A stretch of 64,000 nucleotides of DNA from a virus (taxonomy: Duplodnaviria; Caudoviricetes): the IMG/VR virus record IMGVR_UViG_3300003320_000468, positions 3,678 to 67,677 of that record; one strand, given 5' to 3'. The translations under genes were made by a program, and so were the position numbers. Each line of letters starts with the position of its first letter. Positions within the stretch are counted from its first letter, which is position 1. Positions 8,234-18,268 of this stretch are shown here, piece by piece. The notes beneath the pieces were generated by a model. That model searched no databases and had not been told where the DNA came from. It worked only from the letters and a program-made list of their open reading frames with translations.

Positions 8234-11020
8234 GTGCGCACTGTCTCCGTCAAATTCGTCGCGAACATGAAGGACTACGTCGCGGCGATGAAGGAGGGCA
8301 TCCAGTACACGCGGACCCTCCGGCAGGAGATCGCGGACGCCGCCGCCAAGGGGACGGGCGAGCTGGACGAGGTCGCGAACGGCGCGATCGTCTTCGGCGG
8401 CGCCCTCGGCGCAGCGCTCGGCTCCGGGGTCGCGATGGCCGCTCAATTCGAGTCCGCGATGTCCCAGGTGAATGCTGTCTCTGGGGCGACGGAAGCGGAG
8501 TTCGAAGCGCTGCGGCAGGCCGCTATCGAGATGGGCGCGTCCACGCAGTTCAGTGCCACGGAGGCCGCGAACGCGATCGAGGAGCTCTCCAAGGCCGGGC
8601 TCTCGGCTGCCGAGATCACCGGCGGGGCGCTCGCCGGGGCGCTCGCGCTCGCCGCCGCGGGCGGCATCGGCCTCGCCGAGGCCGCCACGATCGCCTCAGT
8701 CACGTTGAAGCAGTTCAACCTCGACGCCAAGGAGATGTCCGCCGTCGCCGACACCCTCGCCGGGTCTGCGAACGCCTCCAACACGGACGTGTCCGGGCTG
8801 GGCCAGTCCCTCAAGAACGTCGGCACGGTCGCCGCCCAGACTGGCCTCACCGTCGAGGAGACCGTCGGCATCCTCTCCGCGATGGGCGACCAGGCCATCA
8901 CCGGCGCCGAAGCCGGGACCGCGCTCCGCACCGTGCTGCTGCGCCTGACCGCGCCGACCGCCGAAGCGAAGCGGCTCATGGACCAGCTCGGCATCTCCGT
9001 CTACGACGCGAACGGTCAGGTCAAGGACGCGGTGGGTATCGTCCGGTCGCTGGAGAACGGTTTCTCGGGCCTCTCGGTCGAGCAGCGCACCGCCGCGATG
9101 AACACGATCTTCGGCGCTGAGGCCATCGCGGGCGCGAACGTCATCATGGCCGAAGGCTCCACCGGCATCCAGGACTACATCAACAAAGTGTCCGAACAGG
9201 GCGTCGCCGCAGAGACCGCCGCGAAACGCATCGACAACCTCCAGGGCGACATCGGGAACCTCACCTCCGCGCTGGAGGGCCTCGCGATCCAATCGTCCGG
9301 CGGCGCCACCGACGGGCTCCGCATCCTCACCCAGGCCGCCACCGACCTGCTCGGCACCATCAACGAAATCCCGACCCCGGTCACGAACACCGTCGTCGTC
9401 ATCGGCGGCCTCGTCGCCGCTGGCGCGCTCATGTGGGGCATGGCGATCAAGGCCCGCGACCACTTGGCCTCGATGAACGCGCAGCTCGCCGCCACGGGCC
9501 CCGCCGGGACCAAAGCCGCCGCCGCGCTCTCCAAAGTCGGGTCCGTGGCCGGCGGCCTACTGACCGCCTTTGCCGCGATCGAGGCCGCGTCGGCGCTCCT
9601 CGGGCAGGTCATGTACAAGGACGTCAACCCTCAGGTCGACGCCCTGGCTGCCGGCCTGGAGCGGTGGAGCAAGGAAGGCGAGATCTCGGGCGAGATGGCC
9701 CGGGTCCTCGGCGAGGACTTCAACGACCTCGGCGAGGCCATGGCCTACGCCGGCGACCAGGACTTCCGGAACTTCGGCTCCAGACTGGACCCCATCGACT
9801 TGTTCGAGAACAAGATGGAGGACTCCGAGAAGAAGATCCAGGCCGTCGACGACGCGCTCGCATCAATGGCCTCCAGCGGCAACGGTGAAGCCGCAGCCAG
9901 GATCTTCGCGCAGCTCAGCGCCGCCGCGGTCCAGCACGGCATGACCCTCGAAGAGGTAAAAGCGCTCTACCCCGAGTACCTGGCCGCGGTAGAAGTCGCT
10001 GGGGAGGAAGCCGCGGCGATTGCCGAGGAGCAGTCGGCCGCGATGGTCGATCCGTACCTGATCCAGATGGACTACCTCGCGAACCAGTTCGGGGTGACCG
10101 GCGAGACCTCCGCCGAAGCTGTGCAGACGATGCTCGACGCCTGGTCCGAGGGGGCGACAGCATTCGTCGACCTGATCGGCGCGTACCAGACCGCGCTCGA
10201 CGGCCTCGAAGAAGGCCAAGAGATGACCAAAGAGGCGTTCATCGACTCGCTCCGCCAGCAGGTCGAGGCCCAGCAGGAATGGGCCGACAACATGGAGTAC
10301 CTCGCCGAGCGGGTCCCCGCGACGATGATCGATGAGCTCGCCGCCATGGGCCCCGAGGGCGCGGAGATGGTCGCGCTCATGCGGGAGATGACCGACGAGG
10401 AGCTCCAGGAGGTCGTGGAACTGTGGGGACACCGCGGCGACCAGGTCGGCGACGAGATCGCCGCGGGCATCCTCCAGGGCACGGGTGCCGCCGAGGACGG
10501 CCTGCACAACATGCAGGACGTCATCAACTCCCTGACTGGGAAGAACGTCACCATCACGGTCACGATGCTCAACCAGATCGCGACCGGGGAGTTCGGCGGC
10601 AGGGCATCGGAGATCCGCCGGTGGGGCGGTATCACCACCCACGCCCGCTCCGGGTACCTCCGCGACGCCGGCATCTACTCCAACACCTCTGCCCCCGCAC
10701 TGTATGCGTTCGCCGAGCCCGAGACCGGCGGCGAGGCGTTCATCCCCAAACGCGGCGACTACGGCAGGTCGATGGCGATCCTCGAAGAGGCCGCGTCCTG
10801 GTACGGCGCTGAGCTCGTCGCCGCCGGAGGCCGGCAGTGGCGCGGGGCCCGCCCGGTCGCGATCGCCTCCGGCGCCACCGACACCGCTGCCGCGGGGGCA
10901 ACGCCTCGCGGTGCGGGGACGACGGTCGTCGAACACCAGGAGGTCATCGTGCAGGCCCACACTGAGATGTTCTCCTACCGGCAGGTCATGGACGAGATGT
11001 CCTGGCATGAGGCGGTCTGA
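8234..11020 (+). CDS. tape measure protein (TP901-like)
   Basis: 928 aa Ala-rich; FESAMSQVNAVSGAT and AFAEPETGGEAFIP. Confidence 0.95.
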   Translation: MRTVSVKFVANMKDYVAAMKEGIQYTRTLRQEIADAAAKGTGELDEVANGAIVFGGALGAALGSGVAMAAQFESAMSQVNAVSGATEAEFEALRQAAIEMGASTQFSATEAANAIEELSKAGLSAAEITGGALAGALALAAAGGIGLAEAATIASVTLKQFNLDAKEMSAVADTLAGSANASNTDVSGLGQSLKNVGTVAAQTGLTVEETVGILSAMGDQAITGAEAGTALRTVLLRLTAPTAEAKRLMDQLGISVYDANGQVKDAVGIVRSLENGFSGLSVEQRTAAMNTIFGAEAIAGANVIMAEGSTGIQDYINKVSEQGVAAETAAKRIDNLQGDIGNLTSALEGLAIQSSGGATDGLRILTQAATDLLGTINEIPTPVTNTVVVIGGLVAAGALMWGMAIKARDHLASMNAQLAATGPAGTKAAAALSKVGSVAGGLLTAFAAIEAASALLGQVMYKDVNPQVDALAAGLERWSKEGEISGEMARVLGEDFNDLGEAMAYAGDQDFRNFGSRLDPIDLFENKMEDSEKKIQAVDDALASMASSGNGEAAARIFAQLSAAAVQHGMTLEEVKALYPEYLAAVEVAGEEAAAIAEEQSAAMVDPYLIQMDYLANQFGVTGETSAEAVQTMLDAWSEGATAFVDLIGAYQTALDGLEEGQEMTKEAFIDSLRQQVEAQQEWADNMEYLAERVPATMIDELAAMGPEGAEMVALMREMTDEELQEVVELWGHRGDQVGDEIAAGILQGTGAAEDGLHNMQDVINSLTGKNVTITVTMLNQIATGEFGGRASEIRRWGGITTHARSGYLRDAGIYSNTSAPALYAFAEPETGGEAFIPKRGDYGRSMAILEEAASWYGAELVAAGGRQWRGARPVAIASGATDTAAAGATPRGAGTTVVEHQEVIVQAHTEMFSYRQVMDEMSWHEAV

Positions 11021-12576
11021 TGGCGCTCGCTGAGGACCAGGTGCAACTGGTCGGGACCGGCCGGAACCTGCTCATGGGAGCGGGCACCCGGTTCGACACC
11101 CAGTCGGCGTTCAACCCGTTCATTACGTCGGTCAGGGCTCCGCAGGGCGGGGACCGTCCATACACGCACGGCTCCTGGGTTGGCGCAGAGTGGATGGACG
11201 CCCGGGTCGTCCCGATCAGGGTGATCGCCAACGGCGCCGACCGGGATGTGCCGTCCACGCGGGCCGCGATCCAGGACATGCAGGCGGCGTTTGTGGCGGT
11301 CGGCGCCACCGGTGAGGACATCGAGCTCCGGTTCCGGCTCAAGGACGACCCCGACGAGTATGTGCTGTTCGGACGTACCAGAGGCGTGGAGCCGGACCTG
11401 GCGACGATCGGCCTGGGGTATGTGTACGCCTCTACGGCGTTCGTGGCCGCGGACCCGCGCATCTACTCCGGGACCCTGACCACCCAGGCGACGGGCCTGC
11501 CGTTGCAGCAGGGCGGGCTGGTGCTTTCGGCGGCTCCGGCGTCGACGCGGCTGCGGCTGACCGGCGCGTCCGGCGCCTACGCCTCCGCACCTGACACTGC
11601 GGCTCTGGACATTACCGGGGACTTCGAGCTGGAAAGCGATCTCGACCCCGCGGTCTGGGCGTCCGGCGCCACCCAGGCTCTGGTCAGCAAATACTCCGGC
11701 ACGGGCAACCAGCGGTCGTACGCGTTGTGGCTGTCGTCCACGGGCCAGCTCCAGGTCGTGTGGTCGACCGACGGGACGAGCGCGGGACGGACGATCGTCT
11801 CTTCAGCGACGCCCGTCCCAGTGACCGCAGCCGGCGTCAGGGGTTCGCTGGACGTCAACAACGGCGCGGGCGGCAAGACCATGACATTCTCCTACCGGCT
11901 CACCGACACCGGTCCGTGGATCCAGTTCGACCAGCAGACGACCGCGGGCACCACGTCGGTGTTCTCGGGGTCGGCGCTGCTGGAGGTGGGCGCGCACACG
12001 GGCGGCACGGCAGACCGGTTCACCGGCGTGATCCGCGGGGCGCGGGTGCGCAGCGTCATCGGCGGCACGATCGTCGCCAACCCCGACTTCACGAACCAGA
12101 CCGTGGGGGCCGCCTCGTTCGCGGACGCGACCGGGAAGACGTGGACGGTCAACGGGTCCGCGCAGCTCACCGCCGGTTCCACCTTCCGCGGCGGCCTGAC
12201 AGTCCCGTTCACGGTCCCCGGCGTCCTCAACGGCGGGTTCCTCGACCTGGTCAACTCCGGGACCGCGGATGCGGGGATGACGGTCCGGATCGACGGGCCC
12301 GCGGTCGAGCCGCGGCTGATCCTGCGCCGCCCGGACGGGTCAGTGCAGTCGGTCCGGTTCTTCATCACGCTTGCGGCGGGCCAGTGGCTGGAGATCGACT
12401 CCACGCGGCGCCTCGCGCTCCTCAACGGCCTCGCGTCCTCCAACCAGAGGGGCAACGCGACGTGGGATCTGGACCCGTATCCGCTGCTGCCGGGGACGAA
12501 CACGCTCCGGTTCCTGTCCGGTGAGTACGACGCCGACTCCCAGTTGACGGTCTCGTACCGGTCCGCCTGGTGGTAG
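11020..12576 (+). CDS. distal tail (Dit-like) protein with inserted LamG/ConA-like domain
   Basis: First gene after TMP; Dit-like C-terminus (LLPGTNTLRF..YRSAWW); central beta-sandwich insert. Confidence 0.7.
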   Translation: MALAEDQVQLVGTGRNLLMGAGTRFDTQSAFNPFITSVRAPQGGDRPYTHGSWVGAEWMDARVVPIRVIANGADRDVPSTRAAIQDMQAAFVAVGATGEDIELRFRLKDDPDEYVLFGRTRGVEPDLATIGLGYVYASTAFVAADPRIYSGTLTTQATGLPLQQGGLVLSAAPASTRLRLTGASGAYASAPDTAALDITGDFELESDLDPAVWASGATQALVSKYSGTGNQRSYALWLSSTGQLQVVWSTDGTSAGRTIVSSATPVPVTAAGVRGSLDVNNGAGGKTMTFSYRLTDTGPWIQFDQQTTAGTTSVFSGSALLEVGAHTGGTADRFTGVIRGARVRSVIGGTIVANPDFTNQTVGAASFADATGKTWTVNGSAQLTAGSTFRGGLTVPFTVPGVLNGGFLDLVNSGTADAGMTVRIDGPAVEPRLILRRPDGSVQSVRFFITLAAGQWLEIDSTRRLALLNGLASSNQRGNATWDLDPYPLLPGTNTLRFLSGEYDADSQLTVSYRSAWW

Positions 12577-12627
12577 CCCCACCGTTTCTTCTTCTTTCCC
12601 TTCACGTCTCGAATTGTGGGGTGCTCT

Positions 12628-13917
12628 GTGACTAACGTGCCTGGATGGATCAACACGGGCGGGACGACGCTCGTCGGGTCCGCGACCATCGCCACCAGCG
12701 GGACGTTCACCCTCGCCGCGCACGGCCTCGCGAACGGCACGGTCGTCGAGTTCAAAACGATCGCCTCAGGCGCGGTCGGCGTACTCGTAGCGGGCGCAGA
12801 GTACTACGTGCGCAACCAGACCACGAACACGTTCCAGGTGTCCGCCACCCCCGGCGGCACCATCATGGTGTTCGCGTCCACCGGGACCGCCGACGTCTAC
12901 ACCGCGGTCCCCGCCTACTCGGCGCTGGACCTGCGCCGCCTGGACGCGTTCAACCTCCACCCCGCCTCCGCCGACCGGCTCGGCGCCCGCCAGGGGGTGC
13001 GGCCCCACTCGACCGACCCGATCTCGGTCGCGGGCACCAACTACAGCATCCCCGCCGGGACCGCGGTCGTCTACCCCCGTGAGACCTCCACATCGGGGGC
13101 GTACCGCGTCTACTACGACGGGGTCTCGGCGGCCCTGAACCCCGCAGACGGCACCAACCCGAGGATCGACGGGTTCGACCTCCAGGTGCAGGACGAGGAC
13201 GAGGACGGCGGCACCCAGCGCCGCGCCCAGGTCGTGTACGTGCCCGGGACCCCGGCGGGTTCCCCGTCGGCGCCGCTGGTGACCGACAACTCGTGGCGAC
13301 TGGGGACGATCCTCGTCCCCGCGGGCGGCTCCCCGGCGCCGAGCGTCGCCACCAGGTCGCAGTTCGCCGACGGGCCGGGCATCCTCCCCGTCCGCACCAC
13401 CGCGGAGCGACCGAGCGAGGGCCTGTTCGAGGGCATGATGGTGTGGCGCCAGGACACCGACACCCTGGAGGTGTGGGACGGCGCCGCCTGGCAGTCCCTC
13501 GCCAGTTTCACGTCGTTCAACGCGATGCGCCGCATCGCCCGCACCATCCGGGACACCAACTCTTCAAGTTTCACGGCCGAGACCGTCATCAACTCCGTCA
13601 CCGCGTCCCTAGTGGCGGGGAAGACGTACGCCATCAAGTGGAAGACGAACGGGTCGTCGACGGTGGCGGGCGATAGGGCGCGGTTCCGGATCCGGGAGAC
13701 CAACGTCTCCGGAACCCAGCGCGACCTCGCAAACCTGACCTGCGACGCCGCCACCGTCGACTACCCGGTGACGTTGTACGACGAGTACACCGCAGTGTCG
13801 ACCGGCAGCAAGACGTTCGTCGGGACCTGCCAGCTTCAGGCCGGGGCCGGGAACATCTCGGTGAACGCCAACGCGAACCAGCGGCACTTCCTGACCGTCG
13901 ACTACATCCAGGACTAG
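12628..13917 (+). CDS. minor tail protein
   Basis: NPRIDGFDLQVQD and WRQDTDTLEVWDGAAW motifs typical of actinophage minor tail proteins; start may be 12616. Confidence 0.75.
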   Translation: MTNVPGWINTGGTTLVGSATIATSGTFTLAAHGLANGTVVEFKTIASGAVGVLVAGAEYYVRNQTTNTFQVSATPGGTIMVFASTGTADVYTAVPAYSALDLRRLDAFNLHPASADRLGARQGVRPHSTDPISVAGTNYSIPAGTAVVYPRETSTSGAYRVYYDGVSAALNPADGTNPRIDGFDLQVQDEDEDGGTQRRAQVVYVPGTPAGSPSAPLVTDNSWRLGTILVPAGGSPAPSVATRSQFADGPGILPVRTTAERPSEGLFEGMMVWRQDTDTLEVWDGAAWQSLASFTSFNAMRRIARTIRDTNSSSFTAETVINSVTASLVAGKTYAIKWKTNGSSTVAGDRARFRIRETNVSGTQRDLANLTCDAATVDYPVTLYDEYTAVSTGSKTFVGTCQLQAGAGNISVNANANQRHFLTVDYIQD

Positions 13918-13920
13918 ACG

Positions 13921-16035
13921 GTGGCGCTCCCTGACCCGACCACGATCTCGGGGCCGGTGGGGTCGCGTGTCGCGATCCCCACCCCCGACGGCACCGGCGA
14001 GGCCACCCACCCGTCGGTCGTGAAACTCGATGCTCCGGTCGCCGGGTTCACGTACTGGATGGCGTTCACCCCGTACGCGGGCGGGGACGACGAGCACGAG
14101 GACCCGTGCATCGCCGCCTCCAACGACGGCGTCACCTGGGTTGTCCCGCCCGGCCTGGTCAACCCGATCGACAACCAGCCCGGGTCTCCGGGCGCCTACA
14201 ACTCTGATGTGGACCTGCGCTACTACGACGGCGTGTTCACCCTGGTGTGGCGCACCTACGACCCCGCCGCGACCGGCGCCGAGGAGAAGCTGTACTTCTC
14301 CACCAGCGCTGACGGGATCGGGTGGGCACCGAAAACCCTGTTCTACAGCTCCAGCCAGTCGGTGCGGCGGCTCCTGTCGCCATGCGTGCTGCGCGAGGCC
14401 GGGGCGTGGGTCATGTGGGCGGTCGACATCGTGCCCTCCCCGAACCAGGCCGTCCGCGTCCAAGGCGGCGCGGCGCTCACGGACGCGTGGGCGGACCCGG
14501 TCGGGGTCTCCATGGGGGCCATGCAGCCGGGCAAGGAACCATGGCACCTCGGGCTCATCCGCGTCGATGACGGATACGTGGGGCTGCTGACCGACTGCAC
14601 CCAGGACCTCTCCGGCAGGGACGGCGACCTCCTCCTCGTCGTCTCCTCCGACGGGCTGACGTTCACCAACTCCGGGTCCACGGTCATCCCCCGGGAGCAG
14701 CCCGGCGAGCACGACCAGCTGTACCGCGCCGCCCTCCTCCCCGAGACCGTCAACTCGGTCGAGGGCTTCCGGGTGTGGTATTCGGCGTGGCTGCTGGGCC
14801 CCCCACAGGTGTGGCACATCTACCGCACCTGGATCGGCCCCTCCGGCGGGGACACCCCGACACCGGTCCCGCCGCCGGCGTTCGCCACCGCCGCGGTCCG
14901 CGACCACGTCACCTGGCTCGGTGTCGACCGCTCCACCGGGCGGATCATCGCCGAGCTCCCCGACATCACCGGCGAGCCGCAGCGGATCCTCTCCGCATAC
15001 GCCTCAACCGAGGTGGGCGTCCCGGTCGCGCGCGGCGGCCCCGGGTACGTGCCGGTGCAGATCATCGACGCGTGCATGGACGGTCGCACCGGCGCCCTCG
15101 TCGCGGTCATCAACGACCTGCCCCTGTGGATGGGCCTCCCGGTCAACCCCCGCAAGGGCTCGAAGGGCTACCGGGCCTCGTGCAACACCCCGGAGTCGTA
15201 CCTGCTCAAGCGCCGCGTCCGCCAAGACGTCACCCACACCGACACGGACCGGTCCCTGGTCGCGCTCGCGCTCGCGCAGCAGGCCGAGGACATCGACGGT
15301 CTCGGGCAAGGACTCCACCTGGAGTACGACGTGTCCCTCACCGGCGATCCCGTCACCATCACCTACACGGCGACCGACCGGCAGACGGTCTACGACGCCA
15401 TCAGGGACCTGTGCGTGGGCGGCCTGGAGTTCGAGGTGTACCTCGACTGGGCCGACGCCCGCCAGACCACCATCACGAAGATCCTGCGGATCGCCCGCCG
15501 GATCGGGCGCGTGTCCGGGACCCCCGCGGCGATGTTCGAGACCGGCGACGCCGGCAGCGTTGTTGACTACGAGGAGCTCGCCTCGTTCGCTGAGGGCGCG
15601 TACGCGAACCACACCACCGGGCTGGGCCCGGGGCAGGGCGACTCCCAGCCCGTGTCCACTCCCGTGATCAACACGGCAGAGCTCGCCGGCGGTGTGCCGA
15701 TCGTGGAAGCTGTGGTGACCGGCGGGAACAACATCAACACCACTGATCTCGTGCAGGAGTATGCGGCCTCGGAGGCGGTGCGGATGGCGGACGGCGCTTC
15801 CACGATCGATGTGGAGGCCGCGATTGACGGCTACCCGCGGCTCGGTGTCGATGCGGTCCTGGGCGATCAGGTGTCGTACCGGCTCGAATCCGCCGCCCAC
15901 CCGGCCCCATCGGCGATGGACCCGACCGATCTGCGCCTGGTCGGGGAGCGGCGCATGACCGCCTGGTCGATCAACCCCGCCGCGGGTACGTGGAAGACCT
16001 CGCTCGTCGCCGACCCGACCCTTGAGGAGGCGTGA
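13921..16035 (+). CDS. minor tail protein: N-terminal propeller/BNR-like domain plus C-terminal Gp37/hub-like domain
   Basis: HPSVV..YWMAFTPY..AASNDGVTW and SSDGLTF repeats; C-terminal GLEFEVYLDW..YAN..GLGPGQG. Confidence 0.65.
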   Translation: MALPDPTTISGPVGSRVAIPTPDGTGEATHPSVVKLDAPVAGFTYWMAFTPYAGGDDEHEDPCIAASNDGVTWVVPPGLVNPIDNQPGSPGAYNSDVDLRYYDGVFTLVWRTYDPAATGAEEKLYFSTSADGIGWAPKTLFYSSSQSVRRLLSPCVLREAGAWVMWAVDIVPSPNQAVRVQGGAALTDAWADPVGVSMGAMQPGKEPWHLGLIRVDDGYVGLLTDCTQDLSGRDGDLLLVVSSDGLTFTNSGSTVIPREQPGEHDQLYRAALLPETVNSVEGFRVWYSAWLLGPPQVWHIYRTWIGPSGGDTPTPVPPPAFATAAVRDHVTWLGVDRSTGRIIAELPDITGEPQRILSAYASTEVGVPVARGGPGYVPVQIIDACMDGRTGALVAVINDLPLWMGLPVNPRKGSKGYRASCNTPESYLLKRRVRQDVTHTDTDRSLVALALAQQAEDIDGLGQGLHLEYDVSLTGDPVTITYTATDRQTVYDAIRDLCVGGLEFEVYLDWADARQTTITKILRIARRIGRVSGTPAAMFETGDAGSVVDYEELASFAEGAYANHTTGLGPGQGDSQPVSTPVINTAELAGGVPIVEAVVTGGNNINTTDLVQEYAASEAVRMADGASTIDVEAAIDGYPRLGVDAVLGDQVSYRLESAAHPAPSAMDPTDLRLVGERRMTAWSINPAAGTWKTSLVADPTLEEA

Positions 16036-17174
16036 TGTTGTTCTCCGATGCGGGCTCCAACGACGGCATCCGGCAGATCCTCAACGACCATGAGCGTCGC
16101 ATCAACGCGCTCTACACCGCCCGATCGGCGCAGGCCACGACGATCTCCGACGGAGACTTCACTGTCAACGGCGGCTCCATCATCGTCCTCGGCGGCCGCA
16201 TCGCCGCCGCCTACCCGTCAGGGCGGCCCGCAGCGTTCTTCGGACCCCTGTTCTATGAGAGCGACGGGCTCCCCGCCGGGCACGGCCTCCAAGTCCAAGC
16301 CGACGACGACTCCCAGGGCCGGGATGTCTTCCGCGCCAAGTACGAGAACGGCAAACGGTACGTCATCTTCGGCCAGACACCCGGTGCGGACGCTTCCGGC
16401 GCGGTCGACGTCTTTACCTCTGACGCCGTCCGGACCGGCATCCACACGCACGGGGATGAGCTCCGTCTCCAGTCCCACCACGGCGGGGACATCGCCATCA
16501 TCGGCGGCGAATCCACTACCGGGCCCAGCCGGATCCTCATCTGGACCCCGAGTGGTGGTGACATCGATGTGATCGCTGATGATGGCGGACATGTCAGCAT
16601 CACCGCCGACGGGGATTTCGATGTGGATGCGGCGGGCCACGCGTTCATCGTCGGGACCGGCCAGGCGGCCCTAGGCGGCGGCACCGGGACGTTTCTCCAA
16701 CCCCAGTCCGGGTCTGGTACTGCAAACGTCAGGATGGATACGACGACCGGGCAGATCACGTGGGTGGCCTCGACCGAGCGAGTCAAGCACGACATCCAGG
16801 ACCTCGTCGTCGACCCGGCGGCGGTCCTCGGGCTGCGGCCGAGGACGTGGCTGCCGGGCCAGACGGCCCGGCAGTGCCCGGAGTGGATGCACGCCCAGCA
16901 CCCCGACGGCGAATGCCACGCCGGGGAACCCGTCGACCCGCCTCCGGATGCGCCGCGCGAGGTGGGGTTCGTCGCCGAGGAGCTGGACGCACTCGGCCTG
17001 GCCCAGTTCGTGGAGTACGACTCCGAGGGCCTGCCGATCTCGATCCGCTACGACCGCCTCACCGCGGCGCTCGTGCCGGTGGTGCAGCAGCAGCAGGCGC
17101 AGATCACGGCGCTTACCGAGCAGCTCGCGGCGCTCACGGACCGTGTCGACGCGCTCGAACCCCCGGCTGGCTAG
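16035..17174 (+). CDS. tail fibre/spike with C-terminal intramolecular chaperone (peptidase S74-like)
   Basis: STERVKHDIQD, GFVAEEL, IRYDRLTAALV followed by coiled coil. Confidence 0.8.
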   Translation: MLFSDAGSNDGIRQILNDHERRINALYTARSAQATTISDGDFTVNGGSIIVLGGRIAAAYPSGRPAAFFGPLFYESDGLPAGHGLQVQADDDSQGRDVFRAKYENGKRYVIFGQTPGADASGAVDVFTSDAVRTGIHTHGDELRLQSHHGGDIAIIGGESTTGPSRILIWTPSGGDIDVIADDGGHVSITADGDFDVDAAGHAFIVGTGQAALGGGTGTFLQPQSGSGTANVRMDTTTGQITWVASTERVKHDIQDLVVDPAAVLGLRPRTWLPGQTARQCPEWMHAQHPDGECHAGEPVDPPPDAPREVGFVAEELDALGLAQFVEYDSEGLPISIRYDRLTAALVPVVQQQQAQITALTEQLAALTDRVDALEPPAG

Positions 17175-17422
17175 TCGCCGCCCTGCTCCCACGTTTCCAG
17201 CAGGATCGCCGCGAGCGTGTCGAGCACGACGCCGATCCCGTACACCACGGCCCCGGCAACGACCCCGGCCAGTCCGGTGGTGACGCCTTCGAGGACGCCG
17301 GCGTTCGCGATGAGCACGAGGCCACCGAACACGCCGACGGCCGCGACGACGACTCCGAGGACTTCCAGCACACCCCCGATAGACCGGGCTGTCCTGACCT
17401 GCACGGGCGCCTGCTCGCTCAT
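17171..17422 (-). CDS. small two-TM membrane protein (antisense moron)
   Basis: 83 aa with two long hydrophobic segments. Confidence 0.55.
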   Translation of the reverse strand: MSEQAPVQVRTARSIGGVLEVLGVVVAAVGVFGGLVLIANAGVLEGVTTGLAGVVAGAVVYGIGVVLDTLAAILLETWEQGGD

Positions 17423-17537
17423 GCCCTGACCCTACGAGCACATTGGAGGCTCCGATGGCCGATCCCCACGACTGGCACGTCTTCGACGCCGATGCAGGCC
17501 TAGAGGTCCGCCAGACCACCCCGGACGCCGAGGGCCG

Positions 17538-18197
17538 CTAGGCGGCCTTACCGGCTTCCCGTTCGGCCTTCTTCTTGGCCTGGCTTCGGCGGACCGAGTC
17601 GCGTCGGCACTCGCGGCACTGCCGGTTCCCGCGCGGGTCGACGTAGATGTTCTCCTCGGTGTACTCGTGCCCGTTCTTGCAGTGGGTCTTCGTCACCTGG
17701 CCGATCACTACGCGGTCCGCGACGGCCACGCCCTCTTGCAGCTTGGCGCGTTTCTGCTGGGCCTTGTGCACGATCTGGCGGCGGCATTCGTTGCAGTCGC
17801 GGCCGCCACGACCCGGTCTGATGTAGGTGTTCTCCGGAGTGAATTCGTGGCCCTGAGAGCAGTGGGTTGCCTTCGCGTACGTTGCGGCGAAGTTCTCGCT
17901 GCGGAGGACGTTCACCTTCAACGTGACCGGCTCCAGGTGCTCGGGATTGCAGCAGGCGCGAACCCTGCACAGGTGGTCGATCTGAAGCCCTTCAGGGATC
18001 GGCCCCACCCACTCCTCATAGGCGACCCGATGCACGTAGAAGGACCGACCCTTCAGGACTCCGATCTGTCCGTATCCGTTGGGGCGGATGTACTTCTGCC
18101 ATATCCAGCACCCGTTGTCGTCGATCTTGATGCCCGCCAGGACCCGGTCTTTGATCGGCTTCGGGTCGGGCCCGGATCTTCCGCTTGCAGCACCCAT
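17538..18197 (-). CDS. HNH endonuclease with two C-terminal CxxGHE(F/Y)T.EN..CxxC modules
   Basis: CWIWQ..GYG..HRVAYE..IDHLC..CCNPEHL (HNH_3-like). Confidence 0.85.
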   Translation of the reverse strand: MGAASGRSGPDPKPIKDRVLAGIKIDDNGCWIWQKYIRPNGYGQIGVLKGRSFYVHRVAYEEWVGPIPEGLQIDHLCRVRACCNPEHLEPVTLKVNVLRSENFAATYAKATHCSQGHEFTPENTYIRPGRGGRDCNECRRQIVHKAQQKRAKLQEGVAVADRVVIGQVTKTHCKNGHEYTEENIYVDPRGNRQCRECRRDSVRRSQAKKKAEREAGKAA

Positions 18198-18268
18198 GCG
18201 AGCGCTCCTCTCATCCCTCTCAGATTAGTGCATGTGCCAAGCGAGGCGCATAGTCATAGGAGGTGAAC

